Shown here in pieces: positions 24,474-36,336 of a stretch of DNA of 64,000 bases. The first letter of the stretch is position 1. Each line of letters begins with the position of its first letter. Below the pieces are notes generated by a model. The model was not told the origin of the DNA, ran no database searches, and worked only from the letters and a program-made list of their open reading frames with translations. The position numbers were made by a program, and so were the translations under genes. This DNA is from Epiperipatus broadwayi (taxonomy: Eukaryota; Animalia; Onychophora), in contig JAQFVV010000003.1 of NCBI GenBank assembly GCA_028023455.1, forward strand, positions 11,966,001 through 12,030,000, given 5' to 3'.

Positions 24474-26934
24474 TGCTGAAATGATGCAAATTACTAGAAT
24501 AATTATAAACATAATTAAAAGTTAAGATTTAAAAAAGTAGAAACCAAAGTTTTAAATAAATACTAAATTGCATTGTTATAAATATGAAATTGGTGAGCAG
24601 TGTAGGAAGAGAATAGATCAAAGTAAACAAATTATAAGAAAATGTAAATAAAAGAAAATAGTTTAGAGAGATAAACAATTCATGCAGATTAAGGGGTATT
24701 AATAATAAGAAGGAGATTAGAAAGGACTAAGGGATTGGAGGTGGTTGTATACTTTGTTCAAGCAAAATATATGGAATAGAAATAAGTAAAATAAAAAATT
24801 GTGTCTTAGAGCCAAAGCAAAAATGATGGTGCAAAATAGTACAGAAGTAATAATGGAAACACTGAAAAATAAAATAGAATGATGGGGATTGGAATTACTA
24901 AATAGCATAAAAAAGATATGGATAAGATATTAAAGACAGTAGGAGTGGAAAGCAAACAGGAAAGTTTAAAGAGAGACATGCAGTTAGATAGCGTAAATAT
25001 TGCAAATAAAAAGGGAGTTAGAAAATAAATACAGCCATGAACAAAAATGTAGGTTATGTCTCAGAAATTAAGCTGAACCAGAAATCATTTTTGACTTAAA
25101 CAATAAACTTGAATGTGAAAATAAATCTGTGTTAGAAATAAAACATAGTGAAAAGGTAGTAGAAAGAATAGAAATAGAATTAAAAGACAAAAGAAGAGTA
25201 AATCAGAAAGTAAAAATGTAAATAGTCATGGTAGGGAAGAAAAAAGCATAAAGTATATGCATATTTAAATAATAGACCTGCTAATGTAAAGAAATTTATA
25301 CAAATAAAAATATATGCTGAAAGGAAAGTAGTCGAGAAAATGGCAGCACAAGGCTTGATTATGGAGCTAAATAGAAGAAATTTGAACTCTGTGAAAGAGA
25401 GAAAAATATAGATATTATAGATTGGGGGGATCAAAATGATTGGAGTAAAAATAAGAGACGGAGATCATCACAAAGCTTTAAAAGAAGGGGGGATTCTAAA
25501 TGAAATATTTGTAAACTGGAAACTAACTGCCTGGAGCACCAAGCCGGGCATGGAAGTGGGTTAAGATTTCCTGGTCTGAGTGAGGATGGTAGAAATAAAA
25601 AGGAACTACCTGACAAAGATTAAGCTTGTTAATTTAAAAGAAATGGATCAGACTTTTAGGGAACGAAATATAAATAAATTTTGTCCATGGATTATACGAA
25701 AATGGAAATAACATTAGTTAAATAAAATGTTTTCTTTTGTGTTGGAAAGTAATGAAATAAATAAAGTTGAATAAACAAAATAAAATATCTTTGAGGGAAT
25801 TAACAATAGAAGTAAGAATTTTCTTGTTAGAATCCACAAATAGTTTAAATAGAATATAATGTTTTGGAAATTGTGAATAAATAAAATAAAGTGGGTTTTT
25901 TTTTTTTTTTTTTTGTTTTTTTTTTGGGGGTGGGGGTAATAACGGAATTGAAATAAAGCAAAGAATTCTTTCCTAAGTTAGAAAAACTAAAATAATGTTT
26001 TGAGAGCTAACATAAGGATTATAGAAATCAATATGATACAATAAATATTTTTGTGAGAATTTTTTAACAGAAGTTTTTTTTAAAAAAAAATAGTATTAAA
26101 GAAATAAAACAAACAGAACTCTGTGTAAAGAATAGGTAAAACTCTAGAATAAATAAATAAATAAATAAAAATAATCTTTAGCATAAGCAGTGAGTGTCGG
26201 AGAGATTGGAGTGAAAAGAAGGTGAAGGTAGGGAAAAGTATAATAGGTGTAGGCAGTGGCACTGTGGGAAGATAGTACCTGTAATGAACTAAACAAGGGG
26301 ATAGTTCTCAGGTGAGGATCCAGTAGAGAAATTCCTGAGCCCATCCAAATTTTGCTGGGAAAAATAGTTCCAATTCCTTATCTAAAATATGTGCACTGGA
26401 AACCAAGCATAAGCTGCAAGTCAGTTCTTGGGAGAAAATTCATACCTACCATAATAAATATTATCATTAGCATAAGCCAAATAGGTCAGTTGAGAAATCC
26501 TGCCATTCGCAACAACCCCATTTTCATTTTCTAAGATCAGACCCATTAGAGAAAATCGTGGTCTCATTCTATTGGCCGGTGGAGAAATCCCAGCATAGAA
26601 AATAAAAGTTTGTTTTTAAGGCATAAGTCGGATATAAGCCAGATGAATTCTGCATCTGCTGCATTCAAACCCTTGTACACATCAGAAAGATGTACGTTGC
26701 TCCTTGTGGTCATCACACAGAACATAATTGTTGAAACCAACATTGAGTACCACCTTGAAAGAAAAGTAGTTTTAAAAAGTCACCCTTGGTGCTGTACCCA
26801 CTGTAAAAATTCCTAAGCTTATTTGATAAAAAGTGAAACATAAATAAAAGGTAGAAGCCGTAATATGTAGACAAATAATAAGTATTTATTAAAAGAAAAA
26901 AATCAAAGAGAAGTATAAATAATTGTATTTTTAT

Positions 26935-28979
26935 TGTAACAGGAACTGAGTTCGAACCCTGTTTCAAAAGAAGAGAAATAGGGTAGGTTTTATATAAATA
27001 TTTTTATTTTATTTTATGATTTATTTATTGGAAAAGTCACACAGACAAGTGCATATGTATTTACTGAGATAATAAAGAATGATGGTGGTTATGGGTTAAT
27101 ATTTTATTGGGCATACGTGTGTATAGATAAATGTTATTTTAAAATAAAAATAAAAAATAAAACATGTAAAAAAGTTTCTTTTTACAGTTATGATTCCATG
27201 AATTAATTAGTTAAAGATTTCTCTAATTGTTCTAGAAGCAGATGGGACTAATTAATGTATATCTTGTTCTAGTTTAATGGATTGGATTGCTTCAAATATT
27301 CCGATTTTGTTTAAATCATTTTTAATTAAGGAAAAGAAGCAAAGAAATGTGAAATGTTCATTATAAATCAAATTCTTTTTGACTGCTTTTGTCCAAATTT
27401 AGATTAAACAAAAAAAAGGTATTTCTAAAAAGTTCAAAAAGGAAAAAAAAATAAGATAATTAAAAAGATCAATGTTGCTAAATGGTTTTTCTTTTATTTA
27501 TGCATTTTTTGTCCAAATATATTTTTGGAACAAAGAAAAAAATGTGAGAGATAATGAAAAAGAAATTTGATTGATAATTCTTGATTAGTGGACTGAAGAG
27601 CAAGCAATAAGCTTAAAAATCTGTTGATGAACATATGAACAGAAAATAAATAAATTTGGCAGTAAAAATGAAAAAAGAAGATGTGAAATAAACTGTCATT
27701 ACCACCTTCTTTGCTGGACAGAATTTGTTTGTGGAACTGAAAAGAAAACTAAAGGAAATCTCCATGGACCATATGGGGTAAAATTATAATCATGCTGGAG
27801 TCTACATTCAGACCCAGCTCCCTTTGCCATCTATGCCATGAAAGACATTAGGATATCCATCGCCTTAAGCATACTGCTCACCATAGGAAACCACAGCCAT
27901 TAGACCTAGTGCATGACATCTGTCATTCCCAGAAATTATATAAAAATAAATCAAAAGAAATACATTACTTGAAGATAGACTCAATAATTTGAAATGCCAA
28001 GTAGAAAAGATGGATACTAAATTTTGTTCATGCTAAACCTGGGATTGAAGATAATGAGTGCACTCAGAAAGACACCTATAGGTTGCTGATTCATAAAGGC
28101 CAGTAAATAAAGGTTTTGTCTCATTTCCAATTTTTAAATACAATACAATCAAGCCATATATCTTTTATGTATGTATTATTTTGTTTATCGCTGTCTAATT
28201 GTAATTTTTTTTAAGAAAATACTAACAATATTTTATCACATATGTGATTTATGCCATTTTATTTGTTGTTATAATAAATATTAATAGATTACCCATTAAA
28301 CCGTTAATTCATATATATATATATATATGGCACAATTTCTTAGGTATTTTAGCATTAACTTAATAATACATTAGTGTATATGTTGGCATGCCTCCAGTAG
28401 ATATTTAAAGTAAAATGAGATAGAAAGGTGTAAAGGGGGTGTTAAAAGTTTCATTCTAGATTCTAGTGGGAATGAAGATAAATAGAAATTCCAAGAGAAT
28501 ATTTAGTTTGAAACTTAATTCACTCTCCCATTTCTTCTATAGCATATTGTGCTAACACCCCCTGAGCATGAGTTAGCTTAAATTAAGATGGGCATAAGTT
28601 TAAAAAAGCTGAGTTAGACAAATTATTAGTAGACCCTATGAGTCTTGCTAATTAGCAAGGTTGGTGCTGGGAATGGACAGATATTGGATTGTCTCAATTT
28701 ATTGATATATATTTATTTTTAACAATTTGTTTCTTTCTTTGACCTTTTGAATGACCCACTACCAGGGAAAACTTCACTAAAAAGGGGGTATGACTCAGAC
28801 ATGGGAAAACTTCATTTAGGAAGGGATGTTTAATAAGATATATGTAAAAATATATAAATTCACCGTCTGGAAAGAAAAAATATTATTAGTTTAGGTTAAG
28901 ATAATTTTCTAACTACAGCTATATCTAAATTCAAACAAGTAAGGGTCAGAAAGAATAGGCCATTCTCAGTGATCATTCA
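26935..28979 (+). repeat. 5' LTR (~2045 bp)
   Basis: Colinear with 33134-36001 once the Penelope insertion is removed. Confidence 0.88.
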
Positions 28980-29539
28980 ATGGACTGCCAATGATGGTGC
29001 TTTTGAAGAATGGAGATCAGTAGAGTGAATACAGCCAAAAGATATAGAGGGTGCATTAATTGATGTTAAAAAATATATTTTTTTTAAAAAAGAAAAAAAA
29101 GTGAATGTAAATATAATAGTTTTCAGGTACTGAAGATATGGCTAAAAGATATAGAGGGCGTAATTAAGGGTCAATGTTAAAAAAAAAATGATTTTTTTTT
29201 TTAAAAAAAGAGAAAATATATATATATATTTTTAGATACAGAATTTGTTGCTGTTTATTTTATTTATTTATTTTGGAAAGAGAGAAAAGAAATAGAGAAT
29301 TTTGAGGTAGATAAACAAATAGGGCAAAAACATTACATATCATGTGGAAAAATGGTCGAGGGGCGGGTACATTGAACCTGGCACATATTTATCAGTATCA
29401 GTAGAAAACAAAAACAAAGAAAAGAAATGAATGAAAACCAGGTCACAGAGCAATATGGAATGAGAAATACCAGTAGAACTATGGAATGAGAAACCATGAC
29501 CCAAGAACTGATAAAAATAAAAAAATATTCAAGGGAAAA

Positions 29540-32500
29540 ATGGGGGAAATACCAGTAGAACACGTGGAAAGTTTACAAAAAATATTTTAGGGTAAATGAA
29601 ATGTCAGAAAAGGGTAAAGTGATGGTAACCTATGACCACTTAGAAGGGCATGCCCTTACATGATGGAACTCACTATCTAGTCACCCAGCAAGCTTTGGGG
29701 AATAAGACTTTTTGGTCAGAGGGGCAGCAATAAAGGATTAAACAGCAGATAATGGGGAAAAATATTGAGTACATGGCCCAAAAAAGTTTTTCAAATGACA
29801 GGTGGCTATATTGAGCTTGGAAGCATGCAATATGTCAGAGAATCAAATAGTAGGGATAGGGTGTTAAAATTTTGGTTTGGCGATAAAGTGCATGTTGGGA
29901 AGGATGAGAAAATCAGATGAGATAGATAAAATATTGAATATGTTCGAGTTGAACAATTATTGGTGTAGTTTAGAAGTTAGGGAAGTTAGAAATATAGGTG
30001 GAATGCAGGTGTATGATCATAAGGGAGAGAACAAAAAAAAGGAAAAACGGATGAAACAAAATGGATCAAACTCAATCTATGCAGAGAAAGGGAAACAAAT
30101 AAGGAACCTCATATGCTCATGGGAAGACAGAGTTCCAGAATATGCCCACAAACTTGCCCAAAAATCATCAGACTCAGGGATCTTAGCAATTCAGGAAGCC
30201 AGGTTTGTGTAATATCAGAGAAGTTATACCAACAAATATTAAGGTAGCAGTCAAGGATACAAACACTTTCCACTAAAAGCAACCCATATCACCATGGTGA
30301 ATAATCATAAGGCAAAGATAGAGCCCTAACAAGTGTGGGTTGAAGTAAAGATCAATGAGAAGGTCATTTCACATGTTTTTAATCATGAAAGGTCTGATAC
30401 ATGATGTGCTACTGGGATCTGATTTTCTACACAGGCACAAGTGCAGCCTTGATTACAAGAAAAAGCAGTTGATATATGAAAACGAGGAGCTAGAATTCAT
30501 GACAAACATATGGTATGGTTCTATAGGAGTGCTGAAAATCAGGGAGGAACCGATCGAAGATGTTTTTAGAGACAAGATGAAGGAATCCAGAATGGTGAAG
30601 GATCTAGGGGAATCAAAGCTGCAAGAAATGCTGATGAAATATAATCAGGTTTTTTTTGGTGTCCCAATTACGATTCAAGGGGTAGACACAACCTTTTCAA
30701 TCAAGATCATATCCCATTTTGCATCAGTACAAAGGGGAGGTAAATGAGCAAATTGACCAGCTGATGGAATAGGGAATAGTGTCGAAATACTCATCACCAT
30801 GTTGTAACCCCCTTGTGGTGGTAATTATGCCTTGATGGCAGGCAATTGAATAGAATAATGGTACTGGATTGTAATATACCTCCACACATGCATGAACTGT
30901 TGGGCAAATTCAATGGAGAGAAAATCTCCATGTTCAATTTAATGGCCAGCTACTGGTAAATAGTGCTACACCCTGAAGACCATAAGTATACCACCTTTAG
31001 GTTTGAGGGCTATTCATACCAATTTAATAAAATGTCATTTGCCTTATAAGCATTGGGGCTGGGTTATTGGGGTGCCTCGATCAAGTACCATCACCGGAAA
31101 TCAAAGATCTGGTAAGCAAGTATGTGGATGACATCCTAATAGCATCATCCACTATGAAAGATCATCTCAGAGAGGTAGACATTTTCCTGGGAGAATGCAA
31201 AAAAGAGGAATTAAAATAAATCTGAGTGTAGAGATGAAGTAGTATTATGGGGGCACATGGTAGGAGCCCAGGGTATTCAATGGCATTCTGATAAAGTTCT
31301 TGCCATTTTCCACACCTTGGTCAATAAAACAGGTATGCTCTTTTTTAGGCCTTTGCAATTTTTATAATTGATTCCAGGAGTGATTGGCAGAAAAAGCGGA
31401 ACTGTTATTGAAACTATTAAGGACCCATGTTCCATGGAAATGGTCAGGTGAGCAGGCCAAAGCATTTGAAGATATTAAAAGAGGGGTTTTTAAAATAAGT
31501 AATGCTCTCATTCCCCAATTTTGACAGACATGTTTCGGTACAGACGGATAGCAGTGGTTATGGGATCGGGGTGACTGTCACAAATCAAGGAGGATGGCAA
31601 AATAGGAGTGGTATATTTTATAAGCAGATTACTCAAAAGCCCAGAAATGAACTCTGCTACCACAGAAAAAGGATTAGGCATAATGTGGGCATTTTCAGAA
31701 ATTCAGACTGCTTTTACTGGGGTCGAAAGTAATTGTAATCACCGATCACAAGAGCTTAGAGTTCATTAACCACAGCTACCTAAATAATAGCCAATTAGTG
31801 CATTGGAGTTTATTTCTTTAAGAATATGATTATACTGTATGCTACTACAAGAGAATATTGTAGCAGATATTTTGAGTTTTAATCCTGCCGGATACCATAT
31901 TCAACATTTAAATGTGTTAACTTGTATATCGTAGGCATCAATTTGACCATAGTTGAAGGTGTAGAGAAAGATCTGGACCAGCTGGCTCACCATCAAAGAA
32001 GGGATGAGAAACTAGTACCATTAATAGCACTGTTAGAATGAAGAGCCAATCAATATAGGTTGGGTGGAAAATAAGAAACGAATTACCAGATAAGAGGTGA
32101 AATACTTCAATATAAGATCTGAGATAATCCTAAAGAATAAAGGCCAATCCTTCCAAGCCATTTGATGAAGACAGTGGCTGCACCCATAATCTCCATGAAC
32201 CTGTACAAACTTTGGGAAGTGATGGCCATGGATTATTATAGACCACTTTCTCAGTTTAACTGAAAATGATACTTGGTGGTGGTATACAATATTTTCTCTA
32301 AATTTGTAGCCGCACCTTGTGGCCAAGAAAATGTCAAGGGAACAATCAAGATCCTTGAAAATAACCATTTTCCATCAGCAAGAATACCTAAAATCCTTCT
32401 GTCTGACCATGATACCCCATTTATGTCAAGGAAATGAGAAAAGTGTGCCTGTAAACATGACATGAGACATATATTGATGTCCATTCGAAACCTCCAGTCA

Positions 32501-33010
32501 AACCCATGCAAGCAAGTAATGTGGGAGCTGGAATGGTTATTTAGGATGTATACTCCTGATGATCACTGTAGTTGGATAAAGGGTCTTCCACAAGTTTTGA
32601 ATTATATTAACTGGTCCATTAACAAATCCACAGGTTTTGCACCAATGCAGTTGCACTTAGGACAACACATTTCTTGGTTGATGAAGACAGTTTTGCTGGG
32701 AATTGAAAACAAACCAATAGACCATGAGGTTGATTGCATTTTAGCTCACCAAAAAATGATTAGAGCAAGCAAACGGTGGAACAAGAAAACCCAGGATACT
32801 CATCATTACTTCAAAGTAGGGGATTGAATACTAGTAAAAACTCCCCACATAAGTGATCCATGAAAATTTATATGTAAGGCATTTTGCAACCTATATGAAG
32901 GCCCTTTCACCATTGTGTGGAGTCAGGGTTGGAATGCATTTTGTGTAGATATCGGACAAAGACTCAAGGGTACATATAACACCATGTCATTAAAGCTGGC
33001 ACATAATTTC
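29540..33010 (+). pseudogene. Gypsy gag-pol, multiply frameshifted
   Basis: gag LQKYFRVNEMSEKGKVMVTYDHLEGHALT*WNS; protease LSNSGSQVCVISEKLY and LIHDVLLGSDFL; RT ASYW*IVLHPEDHKYTTF and YVDDILI (31121); RNase H VQTDSSGYGIG; integrase LLSDHDTPFMS and SNPCKQVMWEL. Confidence 0.9.
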
Positions 33011-34624
33011 TTTGCATGGGAGACTGTGACCTTTCATGAAAAATAAGGAGGAGAGAGAATATTTTGGGATAATTTTTGGGATAGCCCTCAAAATGAGATA
33101 AATCTCATTTTGAAGTCTTTCAAAGGGAGGTATTGTAACAGGAACTGAGTTCAAACCCTGTTACAAAAGAAGAGAAAGAGGGAAGGTTTTATATATATTT
33201 TTTTATTTTATGATTTACTTATTGGAAAAGTCACACAGACAAGTGCATATGTATTTACTGAGATAATAAAGAATGACTGTGGTTATGGATTAATATTTTA
33301 TTTGGCATATGTGTGTATAGATAAAAGTTTTAAAAGAAAAAATAAATAAAAGAGAATTTAAAACATGTAAAAAAGTTTCTTTTTACAGTTATGATTCCAT
33401 GAATTAATTAGCTAAAGATTTCTCTAATTGTTCTAGAAACAGATGGACTAATTAATGGCTATCTCATTCTAATTTAATGTATTGGGTTGCTTCAAAATTC
33501 GGACTTTGTTTAAATAATCTTTAATTAAAGAAAAGAAGCAAAGAAATGTGGAATGTCCATTATAAATTAAATTCTTTTCGACTGCTTTTGCCAAATTTAG
33601 ATTAAACAAAAAAAAAAGTATTTCCAAAAAGTTCAAAAAGTAAAAAAAATAAGATAAGTAAAAAGATCGATGTTGCTAAGTAGTTTTTCTTTTGTTTACA
33701 CATTTTTTATCGAAATATATTTTTGGAACAAATAAAAAAAATGTGTGATATAATGAAAAAGAAATTTGATTATTAATTCTTGATTAGTGGACTGAAGAGC
33801 AAGCAATACACTTAAAAATCTGTCAATAAACATATGAACAGAAAATAAATAAATTTGCAGTAAAAGTAAAAAGAGAAGACATGAAATAAACTGTCATTAC
33901 TGCCTTCTTTGCTGGACAGAATTTGTTTGTGAAATTAAAAAGAAAACAAAGAAATCTCCATGCACCATATGGGGTAAAATTGTAATCATGCCACGGTTTA
34001 CATTCGGACCCAGCTCTCTTTGCTATCTATGCCATGAAAGCCATTAGGATATCCATTGCCCTAAGCATATTGCTCACCATCTGAAGCCACTGCCATTGAA
34101 TCTAGTCCATGATGTCTGCCACCCCTGGAAATATTATAAAAATAAATCAAAAGAAATACATTACTTGAAAATAGACTCAATAATTGGAACACCAAGTAGA
34201 AAAGATGGATGCCAATTTTTGCCCATGCTTATCCTGGGATTAAAGGTAATGAGGGCACTCAGAAGTACACTTATAGGTTGCTGATTCATAAAGGCTGGAA
34301 AATGTAGCTTTTGTCTCACTTCCAATACTAACAATATTTTTATCGCATATGTGATTTATGCTATTTTATTTGTTATTATAATAAATATTAATAGATTACC
34401 AATTAAACCATTAATTCATTTTTTATATTTATGAATGGTGAAATTTCTTAGGTATTTTAGCATTAACTTAATAATACATTAGTGTATATGTTGGTGTGCC
34501 TCCAGTAGATATTTAAAGTAAACTAAGTGAGACAGAAAGATGTAAAGGGGATATTAAAAGTTTTGTTCCAGATTCTACTGGGAATTAAGATAAATAGAAT
34601 TTAAAAAATTCTATATATACTAGG

Positions 34625-34828
34625 TTGGTACAGCATAAATATGATAAAAAGTCACCAGTATATATGCATATTATGGAAACAGGTCATAATATTGGGAAAG
34701 AGAGCATTAGAATGATAAGTTACACAGATAAAATAAGGGATAGGAAAATAAAGGAAGCAATCTTTATAAAGAAAATTAAATCAAATCTTAATAAAAATGG
34801 GGGAGGGGTAAAAACAATAATGGTATAA
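34625..34828 (+). pseudogene. GIY-YIG endonuclease C-terminal fragment of a Penelope-like element
   Basis: QHKYDKKSPVYMHIMETGHNI...RDRKIKEAIFIKKIKSNLNKNGGG fits the H....S.V..H...TGH / R..KEAI.I...LN..G pattern. Confidence 0.8.
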
Positions 34829-35385
34829 AAGGAAATAATAGTTTAAAAGAAAAAAGGAAGTTTTTGTGTATGTGTGTGTGTGTGATAGAAATAGTAAGAA
34901 ATATTAATAGTTATAAAAATAGTTAATAGAGGGAGTTGTAGGATAGAATATGAAAGAGAGGTTAAAAAGGAAGTTGAATTACTAGAGTAAGATGGAGGAT
35001 AGAGAAAGTTGAAAGAATAGAATAAGGTAAGAAGATTTTATATGGAATAATTAAGAAGGTAATATGAATGGAAATAAATATTTAGTTAGAATAAAAGATA
35101 AAGAAAGATTATATTGATAGTGATTTATTTTTTGGTAGTGTAATTAAAATTACTTTATGATATAAATGTTATATGTATTAAAGTTATATGTATAGGTATA
35201 TGTTATAGAGAAAGAGGATAGAAAAGATTTAAAAGAATATAAAATAGGATGGTAAATATGTTAAAGATATTATATGAATTGAAAAGGTTAAGAAATATTT
35301 TTAAAAAAATTTAAAAGTTTGATAGGAATTTAATAGTTTTATATAAAATAATGTATTTTAATGGTTGTATTTTTACGTGTTCAAA

Positions 35386-35442
35386 TTTTGTAGATCTGAT
35401 GAAGACTGCATGGTAGAGTGGAAACTGTAATCAATAATAAAA
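35386..35442 (+). ncRNA. Degenerate Penelope-type hammerhead ribozyme
   Basis: GAT-CTGATGA-AGAC...GTG-GAAA-CTGTA-ATC: GAT/ATC stem I and TTTTG/TAAAA extension. Helix II mismatch GTG for GTC; followed by AATAATAAA. Confidence 0.6.
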
Positions 35443-36003
35443 GTTTTTTTGCTGAAAAGTGAGAGCGTGTAAGATTTTTGAAATTCAATATTATATAAAT
35501 AGAATTTCTGAGAGAATATTTAGTTTGAAAGTTCATTCACTCTCCATTTCTTCTCCAGCATATTGTGCTACCACCCCCTGAACATGAATTTGAAAAATCT
35601 GAGTTAGACAAATTATTAGTAGACCCTACAATTCTTGCTAATTAGCAAGATTGATGCTTGGTAAAGGACAAAAAAAAACATTGTCCATAAATGTAGAAAT
35701 CTACATAGAAGGAAAGTTAAAGCTGGCAGGGATTGGATTATCTCAATTTACTTATATATATATTTGTTTTATGATTGATTCTTTCTCTGATCTTTTAAAT
35801 GACTCACTACCAGGGAAAACTTTGCTAAAAAGGGGAAATGACCAGAACATGGGAAAACTTCATATGGGAAGGGTTGTTTAATAAGCTAATAAATATATAA
35901 ATTCACCCTCTAGAAAGAAAAAATATTATTAGTTTAGGTTAAGATAATTTTCTAACTAAATAAGGGTCAGGTAGAAGAGGCCGTTCTCAGCAATTATCAC
36001 ATC

Positions 36004-36220
36004 ATATTGGATTATTTCCATCATCTAATATTAGTATTGGATGTTTTTAGAAAAAAATTAACTTCTTATTCCAAATACATTCAACTGTTAGTTATAGCAC
36101 ATCAAACAGGTAGTGTTTGATGTGCTATTACTAACAGTTGAATGTATGTGGATTATTTAAATAAAATAAATTTTTTCTAAAAACATTCAATACTCATATT
36201 AGATGGAAATAGTCCAATAT
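36004..36220. mobile_element. Palindromic MITE/fold-back (~215 bp)
   Basis: ATATTGGATTATTTCCATC...TTTTTAGAAAAAA is inverted as TTTTTTCTAAAAA...GATGGAAATAGTCCAATAT. Central near-perfect hairpin 36076-36146. Confidence 0.8.
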
Positions 36221-36336
36221 AAAAATACAACTAAAACACCATCATCACCAACTTTCCCGGAAATACTAAGTATAAATAAATTATTAGAGATAAAATGGGT
36301 CAAACTGACCCATTTTAATTCTCAAAGGGGGAGGAG

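Larger units (their letters stand above)
34603..35494 (+). mobile_element. 5'-truncated Penelope-like element (GIY-YIG C-terminus, AT-rich tail, hammerhead)
   Basis: Absent from the 5' LTR. 13-bp TSD ATAAATAGAATTT (34590-34602 and 35495-35507). Confidence 0.85.
26935..36001 (+). mobile_element. Full-length but decayed Ty3/Gypsy LTR retrotransposon with ~2 kb LTRs
   Basis: LTRs 26935-~28979 and 33134-~36001 both start TGTAACAGGAACTGAGTTC. PPT AAAGGGAGG at ~33122-33130. Internal order gag-PR-RT-RH-INT. Confidence 0.92.
33134..36001 (+). repeat. 3' LTR interrupted by a Penelope fragment
   Basis: Follows the PPT; matches the 5' LTR either side of 34603-35494. Confidence 0.88.
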
